In this document: positions 1-13,000 of the stretch, piece after piece
Numbering within the stretch: position 1 is the first letter of the stretch
Layout: the number at the start of each line of letters is the position of its first letter
Origin: Phoronis australis
Taxonomy: Eukaryota > Animalia > Phoronida
DNA: 64,000 nt
NCBI GenBank assembly: GCA_002633005.1
Contig: NMRA01000291.1
Coordinates: 264,825-328,824 of the forward strand
Direction of reading: 5' to 3'
Program-made: the position numbers and the translations under genes
The notes under the pieces: generated by a model
Database searches by the model: none
The model's input: the letters and a program-made list of their open reading frames with translations, nothing else
What the model was told of the DNA's origin: nothing

Positions 1-1457
1 ATCACGTGATAATGTTTTTTCTAAAGATTTGGGATTTTCACCGAGATTGCTTTATTTTCCACAAATATGATTTTTGCACAGAAGTTTTTTTATAACGTAC
101 AGAAATGTCTGTGGAATTTTCTTTTAAGGCTTAATAGCTTGAGAACTCAAGACTTTTCAAAGAGAGAGAAACAAACTTTATTTTTTAAATCATATAAAAA
201 CATACATTGTTATATGAGTGGGTGGCCAGCAAAGGCACAGGCCCCTTATCGCTTACCACTAAATGCTGACGTCTGTTTTTTGACAGCAAAGTTCTCAGGC
301 TATAAGGCCTTAAAGAAAATTCCAGACCTGTACTTTTGTAGCTAACAGAGTAAAGAAACAGAATTTGTAAGTTTCAAGCCAAAGAAATTGCATTTGTGGA
401 AATTGTAACAATGTCTGAAAAATCATGTCTTAGATTTAGAAAAAAAGCAGTCACATGATAACAAACAACTAGGCATATAATAATATTCTGTGATCATCAA
501 GGATTTTAAAAATGTTTATTGGGTCTTCTATTAATACTTTATTTGATTCTTGATAACAAATGTAGCGTAATAACTTAATGTGCTTCAAGTGGAGACTTTC
601 TGTTACTTAGGGATGGAAAACTGGTCACACAAAAAAATTCTCGCTTTGTATGTCAAACGCATATCTTCAAGCTTGCAAAGTCGGTTAAGATGTGGTTGAC
701 TCTTATTCACTGTGCCCCTAAAAGTGTTGCTAAAAGGTTGAGAAAGTTTTGAATTTTCTTTCTGTCCCACACCTACTCTGCAGAAAGTAAACTCAGGTAT
801 TGTATTCATGTTTCTGCATATCACCTTAAGATGGTACAAACCATTTCAGTTTTTGTGTTACCTGATATAGGATTGATATAAGAGTATTGCAATAAAATGT
901 CATAGTTTCAGAGTTTACACCTATAACACATTTTGATGTATCCTGTGTGTTGTGAAGATGGTATACTGTAATAATGGTGCATTGAAGTCCAATATTCTAA
1001 TGTGTTTGAGATATCTAGGGAGACAGCACACACTCCTTGATTAGTTTGACGTCATTTTGACAATTTTGATGCAGTTAAATAAAATTAAAATGTTAGAATT
1101 GAAAACAATAATAATGATTAAGCCAGATTTACACAACGCTGTAAACTACTTAACACTTCTAAAGTTACTACCTTGCTATGGATGTGACCAATCTCACTCC
1201 TTCTCAACTCCTTGGGAGGATACAATGGGTGCAACTGTTTTTGGATCACGCTGATTAATGCAAACGCACAACTCTGTAAAAATTTCCAAGTGTTAAATTG
1301 CCCACATGGTTACCTGAATCTGAAAAACATCCAAGCCTTGCAAATTTTTTTAAAAATGTGATGTGACTGCATTTCTGTTCTTGTTGGTGGGTCCAGATTG
1401 CATCACAATAGTGGCTGATACGTCTTCATTTAACATCCAATGATCTTTTGTTTTTAG

Positions 1458-1629
1458 TGGTGTCACTGTGAAAGTGGAATGTGAAGGCGATACTGAAGGC
1501 GAAATCATTGGACTGGATGACTACGGGTTTCTATTGGTCAAAACTGAAGACGGTCGAATGTTTAGTGTTCAGTCGGACGGAAACACATTCGATATGATGA
1601 GAAATCTGATAGTCATGAAACGCCAGTGA
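1458..1629 (+). CDS. HLCS: Holocarboxylase synthetase (biotin-protein ligase), last coding exon
   Basis: Acceptor ttttgtttttag. Translates GVTVKVECEGDTEGEIIGLDDYGFLLVKTEDGRMFSVQSDGNTFDMMRNLIVMKRQ*, matching the animal HLCS C-terminus (GLDDxGFL...DGNxFDMxxNLI). AATAAA at 1986 and 2077. Confidence 0.9.
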
Positions 1630-3398
1630 GCGATGCTTGGCATTCAAAGATGCTCAATTTGATGTCTTGTAGACATTTATCTACTTTAAACCACACTTAG
1701 TATAAAGATTTCACCATGGTGAAAACAGATGTGGACCATTCTTGAATATACAGAGTTTAACTTTGTAATTATTTTCTAGAACGTTAAACGACTGGGATGC
1801 AAGAGTTCTAGTTGTTGGTTACATGATACATTCCCAAAAGGGACTCAGTTATGTTCCCTAAATTGTCAGCTCATTTATTGAGTGTATCCACTCAAGTTAT
1901 TTTTTCTGTCACATTATCTTAGTTGTGTTATCCTCTAACTAATGACATTTTCTCAAAATATATCTGAAAACTGAGCCCTTACTTTAATAAAAATAAGTAG
2001 GGTGTATATTTTTTAAATTTGGGACTTGTCATGAAAAAGGTCCCGATTTATTTTAAGTTATATTAAAGATTCAATGAATAAATTACTCTCTGTATGTATC
2101 TAAGCTATAACTTGACATAGCAGTGACGATAAAATAACTGAAGTAAGGACAGTCAACTTTCGCACTCCGTCCACAAACACGCTGCCTGGAAATTTAGAGA
2201 ATATAGGCGAGTCCCTGCTGTGACTGTTTCACGGAACCGGCCACAGATCTCTGGTGCTTGGTTTCATTTGTATCAGAGTAGTGAAGGATTGTGAAATGTG
2301 TGTCCACTGTCAGTCCCCTTTTGATCATTATCCTTGGTCAGTGTCTATTAGAAACTTTTACCTCCGCTGCTGTTTCGTTGTTAGTTTCCTCGTTACCACT
2401 ATCATTCAGAAACAAGCTGAATGTACTACTTTTTAGGGCTTTCTAAAACCGCTCTGGGGTGGTGGCGTGTTACAACTATTATTATAATAGTTGTACTTTT
2501 TAGGAGTGGCTGAAATAGGACTGAGTAACAGTTTATGGAAGATTCCGTGTGTTTCAACTGTTCAACGGCCATTTATAATGTGAAAAAAGGAGTCACAGTA
2601 TAACGTGCATAATTCAGACACGCTTTAATTGGGTTTTTGCCTTACTCAGTGATATTTGCTGCACTATTGTTCTAGTTTGTGCAAACGGCCCTTTAGATAA
2701 GTCAGATTTTGCATGACTGGGGTGAAATCTTGTGGTCTGGTTGGATCAGACTTATTCAAGTTCCTTGCTGTAGTTACATAATGTGCTGAAATATTCTTCA
2801 AAACTGTGATAACAGAAACATGTGCCGTTTGGCAAAACGTGAAATGCATGGAGTGGAAACAGACATTGCAGTTTCAACAGATGTTGGGCTCTCCGAGTGA
2901 GAGTTGGCTCTTGTTATTTAACAACTGAGTATGCATTTATCAAAAAAGGTATCTAATTTACATTGCTCAAAAATATAGTTATGACAATGAATTTTTGTTA
3001 AGTGTATATATAGTGCGAGAAGGTATTCATTTGCAAGAAATATAATGGATAATTCTCATTTAAAAATTCAGGTATGTAGAGTTATAATTTTCTGAAATCA
3101 TAGCTCTCTAGTGCAAGGGTAATCTTTGGTATACAAAGATCAGGTGCACCAAAATGATTCAATTGTCAGTTTTACATGTATTAACACAGACATTTCTACA
3201 ATCAAGGTGTGTTATAGTGATAAGTTTGACAAATTTCACAAGACTTTAGATTTCAACTGATAGGAAGTAACAAGTTATCAAGTATTGGTTAAAATTTGAA
3301 ATATGAAGGCGTGAAGATGAAATGGTCATTGTTGCATTTAATACAGGAAATACATAGTGAAAGAAATCTCGAGCTTTTGCTTGGTTCAAATTGAGATA

Positions 3399-4771
3399 CC
3401 GTATTCTCCCTAATAAGCGCCCCCCACGCGTTTTCAGACTTTGCTAAAATAAATGCCCAGTCCATGAACACCGTGTACATGCCGCGAAAAATGCCCTTAC
3501 CTACAGTTCTAAAATTCTACAGTAATGTCTTCAATTTATCGATAAGATCCGACAGTCTTGAAAAATCATTGTGCGCGGAATTTGTAGACCACGAGCCTCG
3601 CCGCTATGTCGGTATTTAGCCGTGACTATACACTTCAAACGTCCGCCGTGCTTCAAAAAGAACGCAAGCGCGAATCGGAAGACCTTTGGTCAGTTAAAAG
3701 CACGTGGCCAGGAAGCGCTCGCTACATCGAAGATTAGTCTTCCGGAACTACCTATTCATGAAACCGATAGCATACCGGCAAGAAATAAATACTGGCACTT
3801 ATTTCCACAAGTCGCTAACACCGTAAAAACGTTTGCGTTATTTTTAAGGGAGGATTATCAAATTTGTGGTGTTTTTAAAGTCAAAATGACCCACTGATAG
3901 TGAACACTTCCGCACACATAGCCTACACCCCCCGAATCTCCCGAAAAAATAACTGTTAGACTGTCACGCATGATCCAGTCACCCGGAAACTCAATGACGT
4001 CGGCCTTACCAGGAAGAGATAACCATGAAGTCACATCCCCTAGTGAGCGCGGTAAAAATTGGAGCCGCGTGCGCAGTATAAAAATGGTGAGTTCACGATT
4101 TTGGGAACTGAAATAGGGACTGCTCGAAGAAAAAGTTTGATAACGGGAGTATTTGTTCGAGTTGGAAGGAATTATTAACACATCGACAACATCCTAAGGT
4201 GTTCCTCTATGCACTAAAGGTATTTATAACGACGTGACTTAGATGTTTTAGTAGGTGCGAAAAGCTTCCGGCGTATGGAGCGCCTATAGGAGTAGGCAAT
4301 GACCATCGCCTCTGTTGGCCCCAACCATGGTTCAACAGAGACGATGGTCATTGCCTACTATAGGAGCTGCATCGCCTCTGGTTCGGCCGACAGAGGCGAT
4401 GGTTATTGCCTACAGTCGGCTAGATTTCACGCTGGGATTTTCTGAAAAATGCTCGTAAATGACATATTTCTGTACCTTATCAGTCATAATAAATGACTTT
4501 ATCGCCTATACACGGTCTCCTTTGTATCTCTGGAAACGGAGCTTGTGACGCACCTATTATTTTCGGGACATATTCCGAGCATAAAAAGTTTGATACCAAT
4601 GCACGGCAATTTTGTAGAAACTCTGCCATAGGTTAAACAGAGCGTAAATTTGATGAATTCTAGCTTACGATTTCACCAGTTTCGGAGACCGGGTTTCAAC
4701 CACTTTTGGGCTATAATAAGCGCCCCCCATTCTGAAGCGAATTTTTCTAAGCGCCCTGGGCGCTTATTAGG
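3399..4771. mobile_element. Non-autonomous DNA transposon/MITE-like element, right end truncated
   Basis: Left end TA|ccgtattctccctaataagcgccc; right end gggcgcttattagg is the inverted copy of cctaataagcgccc; subterminal taagcgccc repeats at about 4716-4756; no transposase ORF. Confidence 0.55.
4291..4413. repeat. Short palindromic (hairpin) repeat, one full and one partial copy
   Basis: agtaggcaatgaccatcgcctctgtt...aacagagacgatggtcattgcctact, followed by catcgcctctg...cagaggcgatggttattgcctac. Confidence 0.6.
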
Positions 4772-5552
4772 ACCTGCTTTGAACATGAACGTTTTAACTT
4801 TACAATTGCTTCTGCAGGCACCCGGGGTGCTCTCCCATAGAAGAGGTACATGGGACGTGTTGCTCACTGAGAATGGAGGGATCGGACTTTCACGACCTGT
4901 TTCCTTGGGACAGGGCTGAGTTTCTGACAAAATTCCCTTTGTAAAAGGGCACTTTAACTATCCCATGTGACACAGTTCCCTTTAAGTCTGGAAACACTAC
5001 AAAGGCTCACCTTCAGTTCCAACTACTACACAAAACTAAAAGTATTTTTTAAAATAATCTGTATAGAACTTTACTGAGTTACAAATGATGTACTTGTTTT
5101 TGATGGCAATCTCTAAAAGTCAAGTTTTGGCGTAATGGCTTGAAACTTCTGCTGTTCCCTATTTACGAAAGGGTCCAGGGGTCAGAGAAATCGGCATCTG
5201 GTGACACGCAGAGGCTTTGTGTGTGCACCGGAGAACTCGACAGGCGGATATAGCCTGTTGCACAGGGGAAGGCAAGCCATAATAATTGCTCGACTGTGAA
5301 AATGTTCGCGTACAAGGGAATTCTGCATCCGGCCGGGAGGGAACGCCACGTGCTTTCTGGAAACGTTGCAGTGCGTGAACTTAGAATCCTTAAAAGATCG
5401 CGAATGCGTGAACTTGGAATACACGAGGATACTTCAAGTTATTGTCAGGTGATACTCCTCTGAACTAAACAAATCTCAAGTTATAAGAAATATCAATTTT
5501 AACCAACCTTCATTGGCTTTATATTTATTAACCAAACAAAAGCATTCACATA

Positions 5553-5702
5553 CATGGGCGGCGCTTAGGGGGCTGGGGGGGAGGGTGGGGGCTATAGCTC
5601 CCCACTTTTTTTTCAGCGCCACGTCGCACATGGTCTATAGGTGGTGCGTAGGCTACAGGGGGCTGAGGGGGCTTTAGCCTGATGAGTGCTGCGCCGCCCA
5701 TG
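5553..5702. mobile_element. MITE-like element with 12-bp TIRs
   Basis: catgggcggcgc...gcgccgcccatg with G-rich internal repeats; a related fragment lies at 24603-24687. Confidence 0.6.
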
Positions 5703-6741
5703 GCCTCCAACTGTCACTGACACGTTACGGTAAAGGCAAAAGTGAGTGATCGTGGGGGCCAATAATTACATAACAAGTGTTATGAAACTGAACTGCCAAC
5801 AAACCTCACCAGATTTCTTTAATGACTGTTTAATTCCAAGTTCACACGTATATGCGATCTTCGGGTAAAGCAGGCCCTGGATTACAAGCTCACGCGCCGA
5901 AGCAATGCTACTTAATTGAACGGTTGCGGCGAACTCGTACATGAAATTCGGAAAATTACATAAAATACCCTTCTCCACCGTATGGGTCCAGTTGTGCCTA
6001 TGCGTGCAGCGCTGACTCCTTATTGTAACCAAATATTGCATAAGCGTCGAGTACGTACTTTTGTTGACTGAAGGGCATCGCGGGAAGTTGTGTGGTTCAT
6101 GTGCTGTTAACACAAAAGCCGAGTACAACGGAAATAACTAGGTGGGATGACTTGGAGGATGTAAGCACTTTGATTTCTGATGAGGCGATAAACTGAGCGA
6201 AAGTGAAATGGACTACTCATGCTTGCCAGTCGGCATGAGATCTTCAGTGCTCGTTGAGCCTTAGAGCGGGGGGGGGGTGTCGTGCCTGCAGGCGTGCACT
6301 AAAAAACTGCGGGTACACTGCACTTTTTCAGTAACTTTTGTGGGACCTACGTGGGGTCCAATAGGCTCCTAGACTGAAATTCCCATTTTGTGCCCACAAC
6401 AGCTAGGCCCACTGCATTCGTAGTGGCCGGCCTCGCCTATCAGCCCTGCACTAAAAGGCCAGGAGGTAGACAAAAAATTCCCGCGAAAGGGGGTGTGTAG
6501 GCCTATTAGCAGATTGGACCTGGCACCCGTAATAGGGGTCGCGCAGCAATTTTTGGTACACGCCTTCGGGCAGCTTGTCAATATGTGTAACGTTACCCCC
6601 CAGACCTGAGAGTAACATCATATTTGTTATAGGTTGACCTAATTTCTAATCCGCACTTCGACGCGGAACACACACCAGACAGGTGACGTCCTGTGCATAG
6701 TTGGTTTGATTATCAGCGCATGACTTGAAGCGGCCTCCATC

Positions 6742-7170
6742 ATGACAGTCACACTTTGTGTTTGTGGGGTCAGGTTTGTTACAACGCTTGAGACATTGGG
6801 CTCCAAACCAGGAACAAAATTAGCCAACGTTTGCACTGAGGATGAAAAAGAATATTTCTTCGACAGGAATCCCGAGTTCTTTACAAGTGTACTCGACTAC
6901 TATCGAACTGGCGATCTGCACATGCCGAAAAATGCGTGTCGAAACGCGTTTCGGAACGAACTGGAATTTTGGGATATTGACGGGGAAGCAAATATGTCTG
7001 TCTGCTGCTTGGAACAGTTCACAGGCGGACGTCTAGAAGACGAATATAAGAACTATTTCGATACTTTGCACAGTGGTGCTGGCCGTGTTCACGTGTTTCC
7101 TTCTACAGGATTCCGAGAGACTGTTTATCATCTGTTTGAAGATCCTTTTTCTTCCAAGTATTTAGCGAAG
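6742..7170 (+). CDS. Shaw/Kv3-like voltage-gated K+ channel, exon 1 (T1/BTB domain)
   Basis: EYFFDRNP, YYRTGDLH, H-x5-C-x21-CC Zn motif (Kv2-4 type), ELEFW, LFEDPFSSKYLAK; phase-0 donor AAG|gtacgt. Confidence 0.9.
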
Positions 7171-7731
7171 GTACGTCTGTAGCTAATAAGTGAATCTCTG
7201 GCATGGTTCATATAGCTGTGACCTATCGAGTCAGTATTCATCCGGTCCATTTCAGTGTGACACGCAGCGGGTCATCTCAGGTTCTCAGGGGTTAGCTGTA
7301 TGGTACTAGTCCAGGGCTTCTCAGTCCTGTCATCTCACTGTTTTTCGACTATTCTTATAATACATCTCGATTTTTAACATTGGTGACTTGCACGGCTGTT
7401 TTCTTTAAGGCATCGTTTATCAGTGCCCGGACGTCGGTAGAGCTGCAATATCGACTGTATCGCTATTCTATTTTGTGCTTGTAACCAAAATTCATCAAAT
7501 TTGGTAGAAGCAGGAAGATCTCTTCCTGGTAGAAGTAACTTCAATTATTTTCGATTAAAGTTTGAAAAATTAGTGCGATTCATTTGATATGAGGCTAGAG
7601 GTGTCTATTTCAATTTTTGACTCAATTTAGGTAATATCAAAACAAAAATATTTCTCATGAAAAAATTTGAAACGTCGATCTGTATCCAGGGCTAGAGTTC
7701 TATGATCCATCCAGGTAAGTTCGTAATCAAT

Positions 7732-7805
7732 GAAATTAAATCTGTTCAACTAGGATATGTTACAAGAAGGGAACTACCATAGTCCATTTGAACAGATTTA
7801 ATTTC
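7732..7805. repeat. Short inverted repeat/hairpin in the Kv intron
   Basis: gaaattaaatctgttcaa...ttgaacagatttaatttc (18-bp perfect arms). Confidence 0.6.
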
Positions 7806-9197
7806 TTTAATTGAAAAATTGAAGTGTTATAAGATACTTTGTTTCTGGAAGAATGAAAACGTGCTGTCAGATAAAGATAAATAGTTTTTGTTGCTTCTCG
7901 GGATGCGATTTGGAGCCACAAGAACTGCGTCTGCAGATAGGCTGTTTGATATGGAAGACTGGAAACTGCGTCTGGTTATTGAAGACAGTAACCACATCGG
8001 AGAATTAGTTGAAATGATCGATATTAGGCTTATAACTGCAGAAACTTCATACTGTTTCTACAGGTGGCGCTACTATATTTTCTGAATATAAGATAGTTGC
8101 TTTGAAAAGTTTGCACCTACTGATATGGTTATTGTTCGCGTAATCACAGAAGTATTTACCAAGTGTCGGTGTCATGATGTAGCCACTGTTCTTGTTGCGC
8201 AGGCACATCCGTGTGTGTGTAAACTGGCTAGGTACATTTGGACAAGAGGCAAGAGGAGTAAACTACTGTTCACTGTATTCTTTAAGATGAACTTATGATG
8301 ATACTCTTTACGTGCAACGAATTTGAGCACAAAGCAATTTAGCCATAACTTATTTTTAAGTTATACCCTTTCAGCAGTGCCTGCAAAACATTAGAAATCA
8401 ACAAAACGGATATGTCCTCCTTGCGCAAATCAACTTCCGTATAAGCTTGGATTGCTTGCCACACAAAATGTCTCGCATCTTTTCATACTACAGTAGAAAA
8501 TGATTTCCAATCCCAAATTCATCCATCGTGGTATCGGTGAGTATGAGTCCCTAAATACGTTATCGGAGACAAAAATGCTTTTCTGAGATCATCCCCAGGG
8601 GCGGATTCGAATCTGCAAACCCCGCAGTCGCAGCGTAACGCTCTGTTGTGGGAAGTAAACCCCACTGGATAAATGGCAGAGGATTTACCTCGTGAAGACA
8701 CTGGCCTTGTTTTCATGGAATATCTGTCAGACATCGGGGACTATGGGAGATTTGTAATAAAATAATTAAAAGACGGCGGTTTCTATTATTTTGTAGCTCT
8801 AACCAAACCAATAACTGCAGAAGCCCATCCCTTCTAATTGTAGTAAAGAAATGCGTTTTTTCGGTTATAAAACCGATAATGTCCATTCTATCCCGGGAAG
8901 AAATTTGTTTAATCCAATTTAAGAGAGTAAATTAACTTTTTTCAAGATTTCCGTATTGAGACTGAGTACAGTGGAAATCCCCTTTCAAGTGACGCGTAAC
9001 TTACCTTTCAGATTTGTGAATTGAGATAACTGCCCGCTTAACGATTTTTGTAGCTAAAAAGCATTATTACAATTACGCAAGTATTGTTGTCGATTGTAAG
9101 GCTGTGGTCGAAATACCTTCTTTCCCGTTTTGTACATGCATATGTCTCCATCCTTGTTAAGTCTCATTCTCAGCAATCTTGTCTTTGATATTTTCAG

Positions 9198-10079
9198 ATT
9201 CCCGCCGGTTTCTACATCTTGTGTGTACTCACCATTTTTCTGACTGTCGTCATAGACTTGTCAGTGGCTGCATCAGAATGGAGAGCCCACACAGCTCAGT
9301 ACGATAACGGAACTCTCCTCACCGACTCTGTCGGCAGCGTCGCCTCGTTCGGGCCAGATTTAATGTTCCTTCAAATCGTTCACTTCCTTTGCGTGTGCTA
9401 TATCTTCGTTGATTTTTTCATCCGCCTTCTCTGTTGTCCAACTTCCAAGCGGGTTTTTTTGACATCGCCATTCAATGTCCTCGACTACGTCATGTTTCCG
9501 TTTTTGTTGGCTGGCATTCTGGATTCGTTCGTGTCAGTCACTACAGTATCACTCAGCGTGATTGAGTTTTTGTCGGTGTTTCAGATTTTGCTCATAATAC
9601 GTTTGTTAAAGTTCTTTCGTGATCATATGTCTGTTAAAGTTCTTTACTTGACACTTAAGTCAAGTTTTGCAGAAATGGCTCTGTATTTGTTCCTTCTGGT
9701 CTTCTGCATTGTATTCTTCGGCTGTTTCGTTCTCGTCTGCGAATTTCAAGACCCGAACGATCACGAACATGGGGTGTTCTTGTCAGTTTTCCGTGGCATG
9801 TGGTTTGCCATAGTTACCTTCACTTTGGTTGGCTATGGCGACTTCATACCAGTCACAACTACTGGGAAATTGGTTTCGGGTTGTTGCGCGGTAACGGGGA
9901 TTGTTTTTATGGCATTTGTTTTCAGCGTCATTCATAACAATTTCAATAGATACTTTGCTTATGGAAAGCATCACATGTATCGCAAGAAACAAATACTTTC
10001 TCGGGGTGTTAGGGATCCGCGGGATATTGAGGGTGTAATGTTAATTCAAGGCTCGCATGATGCGGAAACTGACAGCTAA
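9198..10079 (+). CDS. Shaw/Kv3-like K+ channel, exon 2 (S1-S6, pore, C-tail)
   Basis: Acceptor ttttcag|ATT in frame with exon 1; six hydrophobic segments, FNVLD in S3, pore WFAIVTFTLVGYGDFIP, stop TAA. Spliced product is 436 aa. Confidence 0.9.
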   Translation: MPAGFYILCVLTIFLTVVIDLSVAASEWRAHTAQYDNGTLLTDSVGSVASFGPDLMFLQIVHFLCVCYIFVDFFIRLLCCPTSKRVFLTSPFNVLDYVMFPFLLAGILDSFVSVTTVSLSVIEFLSVFQILLIIRLLKFFRDHMSVKVLYLTLKSSFAEMALYLFLLVFCIVFFGCFVLVCEFQDPNDHEHGVFLSVFRGMWFAIVTFTLVGYGDFIPVTTTGKLVSGCCAVTGIVFMAFVFSVIHNNFNRYFAYGKHHMYRKKQILSRGVRDPRDIEGVMLIQGSHDAETDS

Positions 10080-13000
10080 ACGATAAGAAACGTAGATATG
10101 CTCGGGAATAAACTATAGCAAGACAAGCGCATCGCTGCCAGTATTGGTGACTGTGTCTTATGAGACAGGTGCAAAGGAATGACTGCATGGTGGTGACTTG
10201 TTGGGCAACAGCTTGAGGCCAACGCAGACGGATAGCTACGTGCCTCGAATGCTGACGAAACTCTACTCAAAGCTCACTTCTTGGATAGACTGTACCGTGA
10301 ATTTTCCCTCGCTAAGCGGCGAGGCACTTCGTCTCACATGCTGTATTTCTTTTACCTGGCAAGCATTAATGTTCACAGTATTTAGCCGATTACCTGCTGT
10401 GGTCAGTGGAAATGAACTATTGTATCATTTGATAAGAAATCTCATTCGCACATTCATCATTGTACATTTTTGCGTTGACTCCTACGAAGGTAGTTGACAT
10501 GTCTGTTGACATTTTGCCTCGCCGTGTGTGAGCAACAATGGGAATTAACTTTCGCTTGTGGAAGACACATGAGCTCCTAGCTCTCCCTCATCGTTGGCCT
10601 TAATTGTTGAATTCTTGTTTGGATACTTCTTTTCTAAATGAAGAAAGTGTGTCTAAACTACTGTTTAGCGTACGTCCACGCAATGTTGTCATGTAACGAA
10701 AAATGCCTTCAATATCGGTCACGATACTCTAAAGAACACGAACTAGTAGTTGATATTCTTTATTTCCTGATACGCTTCGCAGGTTGTCATCGTTTTGGTT
10801 GAGTTCGTTTCGGTGGAAAAACGATACGAAGTGCTTTCAAAACGAAGACGATATAAGAATGGAAGACAGGGTCGCCGCCGTAATGTGATTTTCATTTTAA
10901 TGTTTCCGTTAATGCTGGCTACTTCATTAAAATTGAGACACGTATCGAATTTAAGCTTCGAGTTTGTATGTTCAACTGAGAAGAATTTCTTCACTTGTAC
11001 CTTCTCCAGCAGATAGCCGCTCGTCTCTGTTTGAAATAATTGGATATGCCTTTGTATGCTTGTAATATGCGTTTTATAAAGTTGTGAATTTTCATTGACG
11101 TCAGATCGTAGCGTTATGACGGCAGTAGAGCTAAATAAATTACCGGGTAAGATAAAGACAGATATAATTAGATATTGTCCATATTCTCGTATATTCGTTT
11201 TTAGGGGTGCATCCGGGAATTTCTGGAAACGGCTAAGTTCCGTAGACCGCAAGACATTAGCTTCTACTCGCGGCGAAAAATCGTCGATTCAGTGACCGCC
11301 ATTTTGATAGAACAGACTAGCGCTTCAAGGTAAACCTGCGAAATACTTTAAATCGTGTGATTTTGCGAAAATGTGATTTTTTCGCGAGAAATTGGGTCTA
11401 CGGAAGGCTCTCCAGAATTTCCCGTACGTGAGTCCCTGGACTGAGAGCTCACTGTACTAGAATTGCACGTTCTTTAACAGCGTCCTCGTGTAACGACAAT
11501 GGCTGAATCATATGTTTTGTACTAAATATAATAATTTTTCTGAACCGTTTGTGTTGGGCTTCTCGAAATATACCTCTTTAGGCTCACGCTATCCGCTCGC
11601 CAGCTCCCATTGGCAAATTTTGAGCGGCACTGGCGATGGTAGAGCTAAGTCCATTCGCCAACTTCACGAATGCTTTCACAACTTGACAATAAAAATTAAT
11701 TTCGGGACCCGTGTCGACTCACAGTCAGCTCGAATCAAGTAGTGCCATCAACGACATTCTTATTACTTAGATTCGGAGTCCTAGCCTAAAAATAGCAAGC
11801 GAATGTAACATTTCATGTCTGTTACCCCCCCCCCCCTCCCCCAATCGCTCTTTTACCGCGAAATGCTCAACTGTGTAGGAGGAGGTCAGCACTCTTAATG
11901 CAATTTCTCGCTTCATAGCGAAGTCTCGAGTGGGTTCTGCCGCTTGTCGTCTGCAAGTGACAATGTCAAAAAACGACGAATAAAAGACTATTTCGGCGGC
12001 GAACGAGACCCAGTCTCTCATTAACTTTTTACACTCGCGATGTAGTGTGAGCTGGTCCGACGTTATTAAATTAGCCCGCGGCTAAATCTGAACTGAGTTG
12101 AGCGGTCTCTAACATGCAATTGAAACGAGAGGAAAGGTGTCTGTGCTTTCTGAGAGGAGAATTTTTTGGGGCGAGGGGATAATTCTAACTCCCGATCACC
12201 ATCAATAGCACCCCCCCCCCCACGCTGTTGCAAGCCCTCATAGGCTCTGCCTTAAATAAACAAAAGTAACACTTTGCGCTCTTTCATATTGTGACCTGTG
12301 TGGGTTACAAATGATTCGAATCTCGAGGGGAATTTTTCAATCGCTTGAGGAGAATTTTTGGGCAGCATGAGGAAAATTTTCGTGATTTTTCAGTGTTTTT
12401 AGAGGGGAATGGGGTGGTTATTCGGCCCCAAAATCAAGGGATTGGGGTCCCTGAGAAAGTTATTGAGAGACTGAGACACGTTTGCATTTCGGCGGCGGCC
12501 GAAAGAAAGCAAGGTAAAGTAAATGTTAATTTGTTACTTAATGAGTTTTTTATTCACTACTCTGCACGATTTAATTTTATTTCGCAAATCGCAAGTTATG
12601 TAAACGTTTTGGACCTAAATCAATGTCTTAGTCATGTGGCTGGCGTACCGCCGTCGTAACCTGGCGATAGGAGGGTTCTGCCCGATTTTTTTAAAGTCAA
12701 CATCATTTAAATGGCCATCTGGCCGGCGTACAGTCGCAGTAACTCTGGTGTAGGGGGAACCTCTGCCCAAACTTTTAGGTCATATTAAAACCCATGTTGG
12801 CTGACATCCCCTCCAACTTATTATGTTGCTATAAGGCAAATGTCTTTTTTACAGTACATTTATGAAATGACCAGTGCATAACATGAAAAATAAAAAGTTC
12901 GGTCCGTGTAACTGCATTTTTACATCTTTCTATTTGACCAGTTATTTTTGAAAATGGCTAACTAAAAGTTTTCAAAGACTTGAGCCACTTTGGCTAATAC

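Noticed and set aside
8593-8645. tRNA-like fragments (also near 20978-21045 and 59118-59185)
   Set aside because: Only decayed A/B-box resemblance and no foldable cloverleaf; probably old SINE heads.
10743-11252. 169-aa minus-strand ORF
   Set aside because: No recognisable domain, non-ATG start, and it lies in repeat-like intergenic DNA.
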